Shown in pieces: positions 29,861 through 39,918 of a DNA stretch of 64,000 nucleotides (the stretch's first letter is position 1; the number at the start of each line of letters is the position of its first letter). The notes under the pieces were generated by a model that was given only the letters and a program-made list of their open reading frames with translations, did not search any database and had not been told where the DNA came from. A program made the translations under genes and the position numbers. This DNA comes from a virus: IMG/VR virus record IMGVR_UViG_3300044644_002048, positions 5,747-69,746 of that record; one strand, 5' to 3'.

Positions 29861-30471
29861 TATCAAAACAAGAGTTAATTGATTTTGAAAAAGATATAGA
29901 ACAGATATACCAAACTAGTGTTATTCGTGGACCCATTCACTTAAGAGATGGGAACGAAGACCACTTAATATCAATCTTTAAGTATTACCATCGAAAGGGA
30001 GATTATGTTTTTTCTACTTGGGCAAATCACCTGCACGCTTTACTTGCTGGGATTCCGAAAGAAAAAGTGAAGGCTAGGATTCTGGAAGGTCAGTCAATGG
30101 CGATGAACTTTCCAGAGTATAACTTTTATACATCGGCTATCGTCGCAGGAATATTACCAATAGCTGTTGGTGTTGCTAGTACAATAGAACAAAAATCAGG
30201 TCATGATAGGGTTCTGTGTTTTATTGGAGATATGGCGGTTAGAACTGGTATTGCTCATGAATCAATTATTTATGCTGCAAATAATCAACTACCTATTTTG
30301 TTCGTTGTTGAAGATAATGGCAAATCCGTAGGAACTATAACTGACGATGTATGTCCAAATAGTATAGTTGATCTTGTTGATTTTTATAGCGATCTTGGTG
30401 CTGATATTACTTATTACAAGTATGATCTAAAGTATCCTCATAGTGGGACGGGGAATTTTATTGCATTCTAA
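29857..30471 (+). CDS. TPP-dependent E1 alpha-like subunit (short)
   Basis: IRGPIHLRDGNE, SAIVAG, FIGD, VEDN. Confidence 0.85.
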   Translation: MISKQELIDFEKDIEQIYQTSVIRGPIHLRDGNEDHLISIFKYYHRKGDYVFSTWANHLHALLAGIPKEKVKARILEGQSMAMNFPEYNFYTSAIVAGILPIAVGVASTIEQKSGHDRVLCFIGDMAVRTGIAHESIIYAANNQLPILFVVEDNGKSVGTITDDVCPNSIVDLVDFYSDLGADITYYKYDLKYPHSGTGNFIAF

Positions 30472-30544
30472 ACACATACGTATCGTTTGTGTTTTTTTGG
30501 CGTATATATTATTGGTATTATATCATCACCAAAAGGAGCAAATA

Positions 30545-31153
30545 ATGTATTCGCAAGAACTAAGAGACAAAGTGATAGATTTAAGAAGACAAAATAAGAG
30601 TATTAGAGATATAGCTCTAGAAGTTGGTAAGACTAATGCGGCTATTAGAACTTTTCTTTCAAAAAACAAAATATTGAAGTATGATCAAAAGAAAACAACT
30701 ATAGACTTATTATCTAGTGAAGAGTTAGCTTATATAGCTGGAATTATAGATGGAGAAGGTTCCATAATAATAAGTAAACAAAAGCCAAATAAGAAAAAGG
30801 GTGAAATTAATATTAGGTATCAATTATTTTGTAAGGTTGTAAATACTGATAAAAGACTTATAGAATATTTATCTAAAAAAACTGGACAACTTATATTTTC
30901 AGAAAAAACTAGAGATAATAAAATTAATTGTAGAAATACATTTAGTATACATTGGCCTGTCAAGGTAACAACTTATCTTTTAAAAAAAATTAGAGATTAT
31001 TTGGTTATAAAAAAAGAACAGGTTGATTTAGCTGTTAAATTTATAGACACATTTCATGGTTGCGGTCATACTGATGCTGATAAAAATATTATGCAGTTAA
31101 GGGAAGAGTGTTATATTGAAATGAAAATGCTACATAGGAGAGAGTTCATTTGA
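30545..31153 (+). mobile_element. Free-standing LAGLIDADG homing endonuclease with an N-terminal HTH
   Basis: LAYIAGIIDGEGS, VNTD, YLVIKKEQ; lower GC than its neighbours. Confidence 0.88.
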
Positions 31154-32088
31154 ACATATTATTTTGTACTGAGAAATGGTGCGATGCATCACCTGATCGT
31201 GGACTAACAAATAATTTCCACAATCTTTTTAATTCGTTTGAGCAATCTCGCCCAGAAGATACAATAAATACATTACATCTTGATGAGTGTAGTCTTGTAT
31301 ATGGTAGATCAATCGATAGCATACTACTATCTTACTGTTCCCAAAACAAAACTGATGTAGTTATTTTTAGTCTATTAGGAAATTCTCCACTAAATCCATC
31401 TATTGAAACTATTAATAGCTTAAAAGCGGTTGGTATAAAAACCGTGTTTATGTGGCCAGATACTTCCGAGTGGGCTCTTAATCAGATTTTTAGTTTAGAT
31501 GGTATAGCTGACCTAAGTGTTTCTTGGGATAATGCATATTCAGATAGACACAACTCAATAAAATATCCGGCCAATCATAGGAATATGTGGGTTCCACAAG
31601 ATTCCAGTATGTTTTCTTTTCAATACCAGAATATGAAAAACATCGATGTTAGTTTTGTTGGGTCAATATATGCTGATAGGGCTATGTTCTTAGCACTCTC
31701 TTCAAAGGATATATCTATTTATGGTGGACAGAGAGGTAAAAGACTTAGTTCATATCAGTATGCCGACGTTATAAGAAATAGTAAGATATCACTCAACTTC
31801 CCACTTAGTCCATGTAATACTTTCTATCAAATAAAAGGAAGAGTATATGAGATTTTCTCGTGTGGATCTATGCTTCTTGAGATGAAGAACGATACAACAC
31901 CTAAATTATTCAGGCCCGGAATAGATTATGTTGAATTTGATTCTGTTTCAAATATGGATGAAGCTATAGAGTATTATCTAAATAATGAATACGAAAGAGA
32001 AAAGATTGCAATAAGTGGCAGTATAAAATATGTCAATATGTATAGTTCAAAAATATTTTGGGACACAATAATTAATGAAATACATTGA
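31150..32088 (+). CDS. GT-B glycosyltransferase (CgeB / Glyco_trans_1_2-like)
   Basis: IDVSFVGS, SKISLNF, KGRVYEIFSCG, YYLNNEYEREKIA. Confidence 0.85.
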   Translation: MNILFCTEKWCDASPDRGLTNNFHNLFNSFEQSRPEDTINTLHLDECSLVYGRSIDSILLSYCSQNKTDVVIFSLLGNSPLNPSIETINSLKAVGIKTVFMWPDTSEWALNQIFSLDGIADLSVSWDNAYSDRHNSIKYPANHRNMWVPQDSSMFSFQYQNMKNIDVSFVGSIYADRAMFLALSSKDISIYGGQRGKRLSSYQYADVIRNSKISLNFPLSPCNTFYQIKGRVYEIFSCGSMLLEMKNDTTPKLFRPGIDYVEFDSVSNMDEAIEYYLNNEYEREKIAISGSIKYVNMYSSKIFWDTIINEIH

Positions 32089-32599
32089 TGAAATTCAAAA
32101 GGGTATGGATCTGTTAAGTTCTGCCGGGGCAGTATTCGTTGGTCAAGCGGTAAGATACAAAGGAACTTCTATTACTAATCAAGTAAAGAATTATCCAGAT
32201 GATCAACTAATTGAACTTCCAGTTGCCGAAGAATTCCAGATGGGATTTTGTTTGGGTATGGCGATAGGAGGGAAATTACCAGTAAGTATATATCCTAGAG
32301 CGAATTTTGCAATTCTCGCCTGCAACCAATTGGTAAACCATATCGATAAATGGCACGCTATGGGTGGTAGGAACGAAAAAGTCATCGTTAAAATAGCGGT
32401 AGGGTCTTCTTACCCATTAGACCCCGGCGAGCAACACAAGGCCAATTATGCAGAAGCTTTTAGGTCTATGTGTACCTCAGTAGTGGTGCATGATCTACTA
32501 TATCCACATCAGATTTATCCTGCCTATCGGCAGGCGTTAGAATCTGAAGGATCTCACATATTGATAGAACACGCTGATTTATATAGGTTAGAAGTATGA
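32075..32599 (+). CDS. TPP-dependent E1 beta-like subunit (pyrimidine-binding domain only)
   Basis: FVGQ, ELPVAEEFQMG, GMAIGG, NQLVNH, PGEQH. Confidence 0.85.
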   Translation: MKYIDEIQKGMDLLSSAGAVFVGQAVRYKGTSITNQVKNYPDDQLIELPVAEEFQMGFCLGMAIGGKLPVSIYPRANFAILACNQLVNHIDKWHAMGGRNEKVIVKIAVGSSYPLDPGEQHKANYAEAFRSMCTSVVVHDLLYPHQIYPAYRQALESEGSHILIEHADLYRLEV

Positions 32600-34107
32600 C
32601 TAGAAAAATGATTGATCTATTATTAATTTCGCCGAATTCAAAAAAAATGTATCAGGATTTGGCTGAAAAATATAGTGCCATAGAAACAAATCCAAGATTA
32701 GGGTATCTAGCGGCATGTGTTAGAAATAAATTTGGTGTTTCAATATACGATATGGAAGCAGAACCCCCAAAGAGCGATATCGATATTATAAATAAGGTTA
32801 ACGAATGTAATCCTAAAACTATAGTTTTTGTAGCAGAAGGGCAAAATGTTAATGCTAGTGCTTGTGTGATGAGTGCTGTTTGTGATACTGCCGAAATAAT
32901 ACGAAATTATATACCAGATATAAAAATTGGTGTTTGTGGAGGATATTGTTCTGCACTCCCAGACAAAGTTCTTAATGACCATTCATTTATAGATTTTGTT
33001 TTTTTGAACGAAGGATTTTATTCATTAAAGAATCTTTTGGAAAATAATGGAAGTCCAGAAGGTATTCCGGGAATTTGGTACAAAAGTAATGGCAGGATCG
33101 AGATTAATAAGCCGGAGAGAGTCGTTCCTCAAGATCTTATGGCGAGGGATATAGGGCACTGTGCATACGACTTGATGCCAAGTTTAGATAAATATAGATG
33201 TCCATTATGGCATTCTGAATATTCGGATGACACAACACCATATGCTTCAATTTATACGAGCTTTGGATGCCCATACCAGTGTCAATTTTGTGCTGCTGCT
33301 AATTCTCTTAATAGAAACAGCAATGATTTAAATAAGACTGCTGCTGATTTTAATATATTTAGACATTTTGATCCTGAATTTATAATAAAAGATTTTGAAT
33401 ACTTGGCAAGTAAAGGTGTTAGAAATATAAAGATAACAGACGAATTATTTGTGTTAAAGAAAACTCATTTTTTACCCATATGTAATTTAATAAAGGAAAG
33501 ATTTGGTAACTACTTTAGAATTTGGTGTTATTCTCGTATCAATACTATTAGAAGTGAGTACTTAAAATCTCTTAAAGATGCCGGGGTATTTTCTTTAGCT
33601 TTGGGAATAGAGGCTTCAAGCCAAGTTGTTCGACAAGAAATAGACAAGGGTAGGTTTACAGACGTTGATATTAGAACAATAGTTAGGATGATAGAGGAAT
33701 CAGGAATACAGTGTTGTAACAACTTTATAGTTGGATTGCAGGGGGATACTTGGGAGACTATGCAAGAAACTCTAAATTTAGCACTGGAATTACTCGGCAC
33801 AAATACTAATATATACAGTGCATGTGCGTTGCCGGGTTCTCCATTATATTTGATGGATAAGTCGGCTGGAAAGAGAGTGCCAGAAAAATATTCAGAATTT
33901 GGTTTTTTGAGTTACGACCATGTGTGTTCTTCAACAGACACACTATCTTCTGCTGATGTACTCTCTTTTAGAGATTATTTTTTTACTACAGTATTTGAAA
34001 ATCCAAGATTTCACAACAAGATAAAAAATCTATATGGAGAAAATGCTGTGCAAAATATTAAAGATATGACTAAGATTAAACTAAAAAGAAAACTTCTCGG
34101 AGATTAG
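32596..34107 (+). CDS. B12-binding radical SAM enzyme (class B methyltransferase-like)
   Basis: N-terminal cobalamin-binding region, GCPYQCQFC, DELF, GIE, FIVG, PGSPLY. Confidence 0.9.
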   Translation: MTRKMIDLLLISPNSKKMYQDLAEKYSAIETNPRLGYLAACVRNKFGVSIYDMEAEPPKSDIDIINKVNECNPKTIVFVAEGQNVNASACVMSAVCDTAEIIRNYIPDIKIGVCGGYCSALPDKVLNDHSFIDFVFLNEGFYSLKNLLENNGSPEGIPGIWYKSNGRIEINKPERVVPQDLMARDIGHCAYDLMPSLDKYRCPLWHSEYSDDTTPYASIYTSFGCPYQCQFCAAANSLNRNSNDLNKTAADFNIFRHFDPEFIIKDFEYLASKGVRNIKITDELFVLKKTHFLPICNLIKERFGNYFRIWCYSRINTIRSEYLKSLKDAGVFSLALGIEASSQVVRQEIDKGRFTDVDIRTIVRMIEESGIQCCNNFIVGLQGDTWETMQETLNLALELLGTNTNIYSACALPGSPLYLMDKSAGKRVPEKYSEFGFLSYDHVCSSTDTLSSADVLSFRDYFFTTVFENPRFHNKIKNLYGENAVQNIKDMTKIKLKRKLLGD

Positions 34108-34108
34108 T

Positions 34109-35236
34109 GTGAAACGCATAGAATTTGGTGAGTTGAGAATAGGGACTCTAGCAAGAGATCATATCAAGGACTGCCTAGATCGCAACTGGATCAGCATGGG
34201 TCCAAAGGTAGAGTTGCTTGAAAAAGAGTTCGCTATGATTATGGGGACTCGGTATGCCGTTGCTACCTCAAGCGGAACAAGTTCTATCGTAGCAATGACT
34301 CTTGCTTTACCAGAGCTTTGTAAGAGAAAGGTTGTAAGAGGTAAAAGTAATATTTTATGTCCTGCACTTGGTTTCATCGCAAATAGTTCTGCGATTGTAT
34401 CTGGCAGATTAATTCCTAGACCAATAGAAATAAAGTGTGAAGATCTTAATATAGACGAAAATTTAGTTGAAGAATCTATAGATGATAATACTGTGGCTAT
34501 TTATGCTATAGGGACAATGGGCTGTCCTTCAAATATGGATAAGCTTAAAGACATTGCCGATAGATATGATTTAATCTTATTTGAAGATGGATGTGAAAAT
34601 TATGGTAGCAAGATTAATGGAGAATTTTCTCACAAAAGAGCTATAGCTGGATGTAGTTCTTTATATACTGCTCATTTAGTTGTTGCATCAGAAGGATCAT
34701 TAATATATACCGATAGTGAAGTTCTTAGAGATTTGCTTAAAAGTATACGTTCACACGGAAGACATCCAGACTCACAATTTTTTGACCATATCAGATTTGG
34801 TAGTAATTTTAAAATGACTGACTTAGCTGCTTCTATAGGTCTTGAGGGCGTAGCCAAGTTTCACGAGAATATTGCTTTACGAAAACGGAACTGGCAGTCA
34901 TTAGTCGATTTTACTGAACAGTTTAAAGACAGGGCTTGGTTTAGTAATGAGCCAGATGGGGTAGAGGTTATGCCTCATGGTTTTAGTATTACGATTAAAC
35001 CAGATTCAGGATTAGATATAAATAATTTGATTAGAATTCTTGATGAAGCAAATATTCATTGGAAGAAAAATTTTGGAGCAATATATACTCATCCAGCGAT
35101 GTCAGAATTTAAGTACAAAGATTGTCCAAAGGCAGAGTGGTGCGGAAATAATGGGATACATGTTGGTGTCCACAGATATTTGGAAGAAGAAGATATTACT
35201 AGAATTTGTAAATCGATACAAGAATTTTTTAATTAA
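34109..35236 (+). CDS. DegT/DnrJ-fold PLP enzyme with His in place of the catalytic Lys (ColD/E1-type 3-dehydratase)
   Basis: SSGTS, EDGCE, SSLYTAHLVVASEG, RSHGR, GSNFKMTD. Confidence 0.8.
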   Translation: MKRIEFGELRIGTLARDHIKDCLDRNWISMGPKVELLEKEFAMIMGTRYAVATSSGTSSIVAMTLALPELCKRKVVRGKSNILCPALGFIANSSAIVSGRLIPRPIEIKCEDLNIDENLVEESIDDNTVAIYAIGTMGCPSNMDKLKDIADRYDLILFEDGCENYGSKINGEFSHKRAIAGCSSLYTAHLVVASEGSLIYTDSEVLRDLLKSIRSHGRHPDSQFFDHIRFGSNFKMTDLAASIGLEGVAKFHENIALRKRNWQSLVDFTEQFKDRAWFSNEPDGVEVMPHGFSITIKPDSGLDINNLIRILDEANIHWKKNFGAIYTHPAMSEFKYKDCPKAEWCGNNGIHVGVHRYLEEEDITRICKSIQEFFN

Positions 35237-35242
35237 GAGTAT

Positions 35243-36025
35243 TTGATGTTACATATACCAAGAATTGAAAAAGATCTGACCGGATTAAAATTTGGTTATT
35301 GGACTATTTTGGGTCTTGGAGAAAGAGCTAAAAACGGTCGAATTATGTGGAATTGCGTATGTGATTGTGGCAAATTTGGTTCTGTCAGCACATCGCATTT
35401 AAACTCTGGTAGAAGTAAGCGATGTAGAAATTGTAATGGTACAGAGAAACATTCTGAAGAATATCTAAAATCTAAAATAGGAACTAAAGTAAAAAATAGA
35501 ACTATAATAGGGTATGTCAGTAAAAACAAAAGTTACAAATTAATATTGTCTTGCGATTGTGGATCAGAATCTATATACTCTCCGTCTGTTATAGAGAACG
35601 GATATGTGCCAGACAAATGTAAAAGTTGTACTAGTTGGGAAGGTTCTGGAGAAATTTCTTTAACATATTTTTCTGAAATACAAAGAAGTGCAAAAGGTAG
35701 AAATATTGTTTTTGATGTCAATATAGAGTATTTATGGGATCTTTTTCTATCTCAAAATAAAAAGTGCATATATTCTGGAGTAGAATTAAATTTCTATAGA
35801 GATAAAAATAAATCACAATCAGCCTCATTAGATAGAATAGATAGTCGTGATGGTTATATAAAATATAATGTTCAATGGGTACACAAAAGAATTAATGTTA
35901 TGAAACATAATATTCCAGATAAAGAATTTAAAGATATATGCTGTATGGTTGTAAAAAATTGCAATCTTGACATAGAAGACATTCAAACGACAGAATTTAC
36001 TAAAATTTCATATATTAAGGACTAA
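35243..36025 (+). mobile_element. Free-standing HNH-type homing endonuclease
   Basis: WNCVCDCG repeats, KCIYSG, ASLDRIDS, NVQWVHKRINVMK. Confidence 0.85.
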
Positions 36026-36026
36026 C

Positions 36027-36959
36027 ATGAAAATAGTTGTAACTGGTGCTGGCGGATATATTGGATCAAATCTTACTGGTATGTTGTCTGCAATGTCATC
36101 AATCGGTTTTAAGGTGACAGCGTTTGATAACTTCTTTTACAATCAATCTGATCTTGTACAGGATTTGTATAGTAAGTGTGATTTCAACTATGAGTCGATA
36201 CTAAAGTGGAGTCCTAAGTTATGCAAAGCCATAGAAGAGGCTGACGTAATTTATCACTTAGCCGCTTTGGTTGGTGCTCCACTGTGCGATAAATATCCTG
36301 AGCTTTGTGTAGAATTAAATGAAAAGTGGTCAGAGAAACTACTTAAAAGACTCAGTAATCAGATTGTAGTTTATCCAAACACAAACTCTTCATATGGTAG
36401 CAATCCGGGAGTATGTACTGAAGAAACCCCAATTAATCCTCTCTCTCTTTATGCGAAAACTAAGCAGGCATCTGAAGATACTCTTATGAGCTACAAAAAT
36501 ACTACTGCGTTTAGATTGGCCACTGTCTTTGGTGGTTCAAGACGTAATAGAGTAGATCTTCTAATTAATAACCTTGTAGGAAATTCCCTTAAAGGTGAAA
36601 TAGAAGTTTTTGATGGCCATTTCAGAAGAAACTACATCCATATCGCTGATGTAGTACAGGCTATGATAATGCCAACTTATAATGAAGATATGCGACAGCA
36701 AATCTATAATCTTGGCAATGACTCAATAAATTCTACTAAGTTAAAGCTTGTACAAGATATTTGTGAGATTACTGGTGGTAAGTACAAAGTCGTAGATAAT
36801 AAAACAGATCCAGATAAAAGAGATTATGAAGTAAGTAGCGAAAAACTATATTCGCTTGGATTTAAACCATATTTTTCACTTAGCGACGGTGTCAAAGAAA
36901 TGATATCTATTTACAAAGGTGGTTTGTCTTTAGATGACCTAAGATGTAGGAACTACTAA
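36027..36959 (+). CDS. NAD-dependent epimerase/dehydratase/reductase
   Basis: VTGAGGYIGS, HLAALVG, YAKTK, RLATVFG, RVDLLIN, DKRDY. Confidence 0.9.
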   Translation: MKIVVTGAGGYIGSNLTGMLSAMSSIGFKVTAFDNFFYNQSDLVQDLYSKCDFNYESILKWSPKLCKAIEEADVIYHLAALVGAPLCDKYPELCVELNEKWSEKLLKRLSNQIVVYPNTNSSYGSNPGVCTEETPINPLSLYAKTKQASEDTLMSYKNTTAFRLATVFGGSRRNRVDLLINNLVGNSLKGEIEVFDGHFRRNYIHIADVVQAMIMPTYNEDMRQQIYNLGNDSINSTKLKLVQDICEITGGKYKVVDNKTDPDKRDYEVSSEKLYSLGFKPYFSLSDGVKEMISIYKGGLSLDDLRCRNY

Positions 36960-37903
36960 TGATTATATGTAAAACTCCATACAGGGTATCATTATTTGGT
37001 GGCTCGACTGATTATGCGAATTACTATGAAGAGTATGGTTCTCTCCTAATTGGGTTCGCCTTAAAACAATATAATTACACGACCATTAGATATACACCTA
37101 AGTTGCTTAGTTATAAAACCAAGGTGTCTTATTCTCAGACTGAATATGTCGACGATAATAGGAATATAAAGAATAATGCAGCTAGGGGAGTCCTTGAATT
37201 CTTGGGAATTTCAGATGCGGTAGAAATTACCCACATGTCTGATCTCCCAGCACAAACAGGCATAGGATCTTCTTCTTCTTTTATTGTGGGATTATTGAAT
37301 GCAGCATATTCCCTGATGGGCGAGCCCACGAATAAAGAAAAAATAGCTAAGGAAGCCGTATACATAGAGAGAGTACTACTAGATGAGCCCGGTGGGTGTC
37401 AGGATAGTATATGGGCGAGTTATGGTGGTCTTAATTCTATACACATAGATAAAACTGGGGAATTTGATGTAAGACCCTTACCGTTATCACAAGAATTTAC
37501 CCAGAAATTAATGGATAGATCTATTATGGTCTATACTGGTAATTCTAGACAATCTTTTGATTTGGCTAGATCACACAAACCAGATAAAAAAGAAATTCAC
37601 AGATTGGCCAAATATGCATTACTTTCTTTTTATGAGTGTGATTTAAATAGTGTGGCTAGACTACTAGGAGAGACTTGGGAAGCGAAGAAAGCCATATCAG
37701 ATCAAATTACCACCCCAGAAGTTGACGCAATATATAATGATTTAAAATCTATGGGGATGATTGGTGGTAAATTACTTGGGGCTGGTGGTTCTGGTTTTAT
37801 CTTTGGTATTCTGTCTGAAGATTTCGATAGAATGATTTACACTAAGTATGGTAACCTTATGGTTCCTGTTGGTATTGACTATAAAGGGTCTAATATCTTA
37901 TGA
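36959..37903 (+). CDS. GHMP sugar kinase (HddA, heptose-7-phosphate 1-kinase-like)
   Basis: PYRVSLFGGSTD, PAQTGIGSSS, GCQD, GGKLLGAGGSGF. Confidence 0.9.
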   Translation: MIICKTPYRVSLFGGSTDYANYYEEYGSLLIGFALKQYNYTTIRYTPKLLSYKTKVSYSQTEYVDDNRNIKNNAARGVLEFLGISDAVEITHMSDLPAQTGIGSSSSFIVGLLNAAYSLMGEPTNKEKIAKEAVYIERVLLDEPGGCQDSIWASYGGLNSIHIDKTGEFDVRPLPLSQEFTQKLMDRSIMVYTGNSRQSFDLARSHKPDKKEIHRLAKYALLSFYECDLNSVARLLGETWEAKKAISDQITTPEVDAIYNDLKSMGMIGGKLLGAGGSGFIFGILSEDFDRMIYTKYGNLMVPVGIDYKGSNIL

Positions 37904-38265
37904 GCGATAAAAGATACACGGTATTTGTAGATTTTGATGGTACATGTTGTTATCACTGGGAAACCCTAACAGAGATAATGAAGCATGGTGGAGAAGTTCT
38001 GGATGGGGTTTTTGAGAAGTTTCAGGAGTGGCGGTCTAAAGACTATTACGTTGTTTTAACGACGGCACGTCCAGAATCTCTCAGAGCCTTCACAACGCAA
38101 CAGATCGTTGATATGGGCCTTCACTTCGACCAGCTTGTTATGGGCCTTCCTACTGGTCCCAGAGTGGTTATAAACGACGAGAAGCCCAATGGGATGGTTA
38201 CGGCGTTCGCAAAATGTGTTAGAAGGAATAAAGGTCTCAGACATGTAGATATTGAAGGTCTATGA
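37900..38265 (+). CDS. HAD-family phosphatase (capsule-biosynthesis type)
   Basis: FVDFDGT, TTAR, FDQLVMG, INDEK. Confidence 0.8.
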   Translation: MSDKRYTVFVDFDGTCCYHWETLTEIMKHGGEVLDGVFEKFQEWRSKDYYVVLTTARPESLRAFTTQQIVDMGLHFDQLVMGLPTGPRVVINDEKPNGMVTAFAKCVRRNKGLRHVDIEGL

Positions 38266-38408
38266 GGGATGATGAGGACTCAATATTAGAACGGATATTC
38301 ATGTTTGTATTTTGGTTGTTCTTAGTATTTCTTTTATTTGTTGTATTTTTGCACTTTATTTATGATTGTGGTATAACTGCATATGAAGAAAGAAGGCGTA
38401 ATAATTAA

Positions 38409-38855
38409 ATGTTTATTGGTGTAGCAAGCGGATTCTTTAACCCACTTCACGCAGGTCACGTAGATTACCTAGAATACGCAGCTTCTAGATGTGATATGCT
38501 GATTGTCATCGTAAACAACGACTTACAGGTGAGCCTGAAAGGCTCAGTTCCATTCCTTGATCAGAATGAGCGAATGAAAATCGTTGCTGCATTACATGCG
38601 GTGAATGAGGTAGTTCTTTCTATTGACACTGATTCTAGCGTATCTAAAACTTTAAGGATGATAGCTGAGGACAAATGTTTACCCATGAGATTCTTTAACT
38701 CGGGCGACAGATCGCCCGATAATCAGTCCTCTAAAGAAGATGAAGTTTGTAGAGAATTAGGTATTGAGCAGGTTTTTCTTGATCTACCTAAAGTAAATTC
38801 TTCGTCTAGTATTAAAACAAAAATAGCCCAGTCTTTCGACAGGGCTACTTTATAA
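38409..38855 (+). CDS. HIGH-family cytidylyl/adenylyltransferase (RfaE-II/TagD-like)
   Basis: SGFFNPLHAGH, VIVNND, ERMKIV, SGDR, SSS. Confidence 0.88.
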   Translation: MFIGVASGFFNPLHAGHVDYLEYAASRCDMLIVIVNNDLQVSLKGSVPFLDQNERMKIVAALHAVNEVVLSIDTDSSVSKTLRMIAEDKCLPMRFFNSGDRSPDNQSSKEDEVCRELGIEQVFLDLPKVNSSSSIKTKIAQSFDRATL

Positions 38856-38987
38856 TGATGCGGGTTGGAATCGAACCAACCAACGCGAGGAGCTACCTCT
38901 ATTGCTATTCCAAATCAAGCTGGGAATCGAACCCAGAGCACCCGCCAAGGGATCACGGAATCGAACCGTGTACGTTCCATTCGCATC
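38856..38987 (-). ncRNA. tRNA-like RNA with three T-arms
   Basis: Closing stem GATGCG/CGCATC; three different 5-bp stems, each capped by TTCGATT. Confidence 0.7.
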
Positions 38988-39003
38988 GTTTATCATTAAT
39001 ATA

Positions 39004-39282
39004 TTACATCGAAGTACCGCATTCTCGAAACGATGCTGGATAGTGAAATGCTCGACGTTCCTGCATCTGTGATGTAATATCTAAAGACAAGTCGTAGACT
39101 TCCATGATTATCTGCATATTCTTTCCATTGTACTGGGCATGTTTTTGTTTAAACTCAGCCTCAGTGCAAAAGACTGGGTAATCTTCGTGATCATACGTGT
39201 CGCACACGACAATTACGAAATCCGCACCATTCGTCTTACCACGAATCAACCATCCCATGATATCTTGTGACGTTGCTGCCAT
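39004..39282 (-). CDS. Hypothetical phage protein
   Basis: IVVCDTYDHEDYPVF...QIIMEVYDL. Confidence 0.7.
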   Translation of the reverse strand: MAATSQDIMGWLIRGKTNGADFVIVVCDTYDHEDYPVFCTEAEFKQKHAQYNGKNMQIIMEVYDLSLDITSQMQERRAFHYPASFRECGTSM

Positions 39283-39342
39283 AAAGCACCACCTAACAAT
39301 CGAATATGAGAATCACACGCCGCAATCGTGTGATTGGTAACG

Positions 39343-39486
39343 TTATGATATTTTCCACACAGCTAGACATATCCCAAAGATTGAAATACCAACAACTAGT
39401 GGTACTCCCATAGTTGCTGAAGACAAAGCTCCACACAAAGCCCCAAAGAAGAAACTGGCGAATGCTATAAATTTAAGTTTATTCAT
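39343..39486 (-). CDS. Small membrane protein
   Basis: Two hydrophobic segments. Confidence 0.45.
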   Translation of the reverse strand: MNKLKFIAFASFFFGALCGALSSATMGVPLVVGISIFGICLAVWKIS

Positions 39487-39697
39487 TTTCAAATTTTTCC
39501 GAATGTCCAGTTTCAGGATTCCATTTCCATCCAGTCCAAGATGATTTTGGTGCAATATACAAACAAAAGCAACCAATTACGATTTCTACAAAAGGTTCGC
39601 ACCCAATAAGTCTTCGTGGTTTCATGATTAAAAACCCGAAACCGCAAATAGGTTTAATGCACCAACAAATATTTTTTGTGAGTCCGTATGTTCGCAT
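39479..39697 (-). CDS. Hypothetical protein
   Basis: ORF within the operon. Confidence 0.45.
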   Translation of the reverse strand: MRTYGLTKNICWCIKPICGFGFLIMKPRRLIGCEPFVEIVIGCFCLYIAPKSSWTGWKWNPETGHSEKFENE

Positions 39698-39918
39698 TAT
39701 TTATTAATCTCCATATGGAATTTAAACCCACCACCCTCTAGCTCTGTATTTTTGGTAGCTTCTTTCCATACAGGATCTATTTTTTCTATGATACTATCTT
39801 CTGTTGTAGCATAAATCTTTGCTCCAGAGAGCCTCACAGATAGATACATAAAGAAAAATACCCAACCGACTAAGACTGGAATCAAACTTACGCGGTTGAA
39901 AAACTCTATTTTTGTCAT
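39697..39918 (-). CDS. Small membrane protein
   Basis: N-terminal TM. Confidence 0.5.
   Translation of the reverse strand: MTKIEFFNRVSLIPVLVGWVFFFMYLSVRLSGAKIYATTEDSIIEKIDPVWKEATKNTELEGGGFKFHMEINK

Noticed and set aside
38855-39043. 62-aa plus-strand ORF (MMRVGIEPT...)
   Set aside because: The GIEP/ESNP peptides are the antisense translation of the T-arms of the structured RNA.
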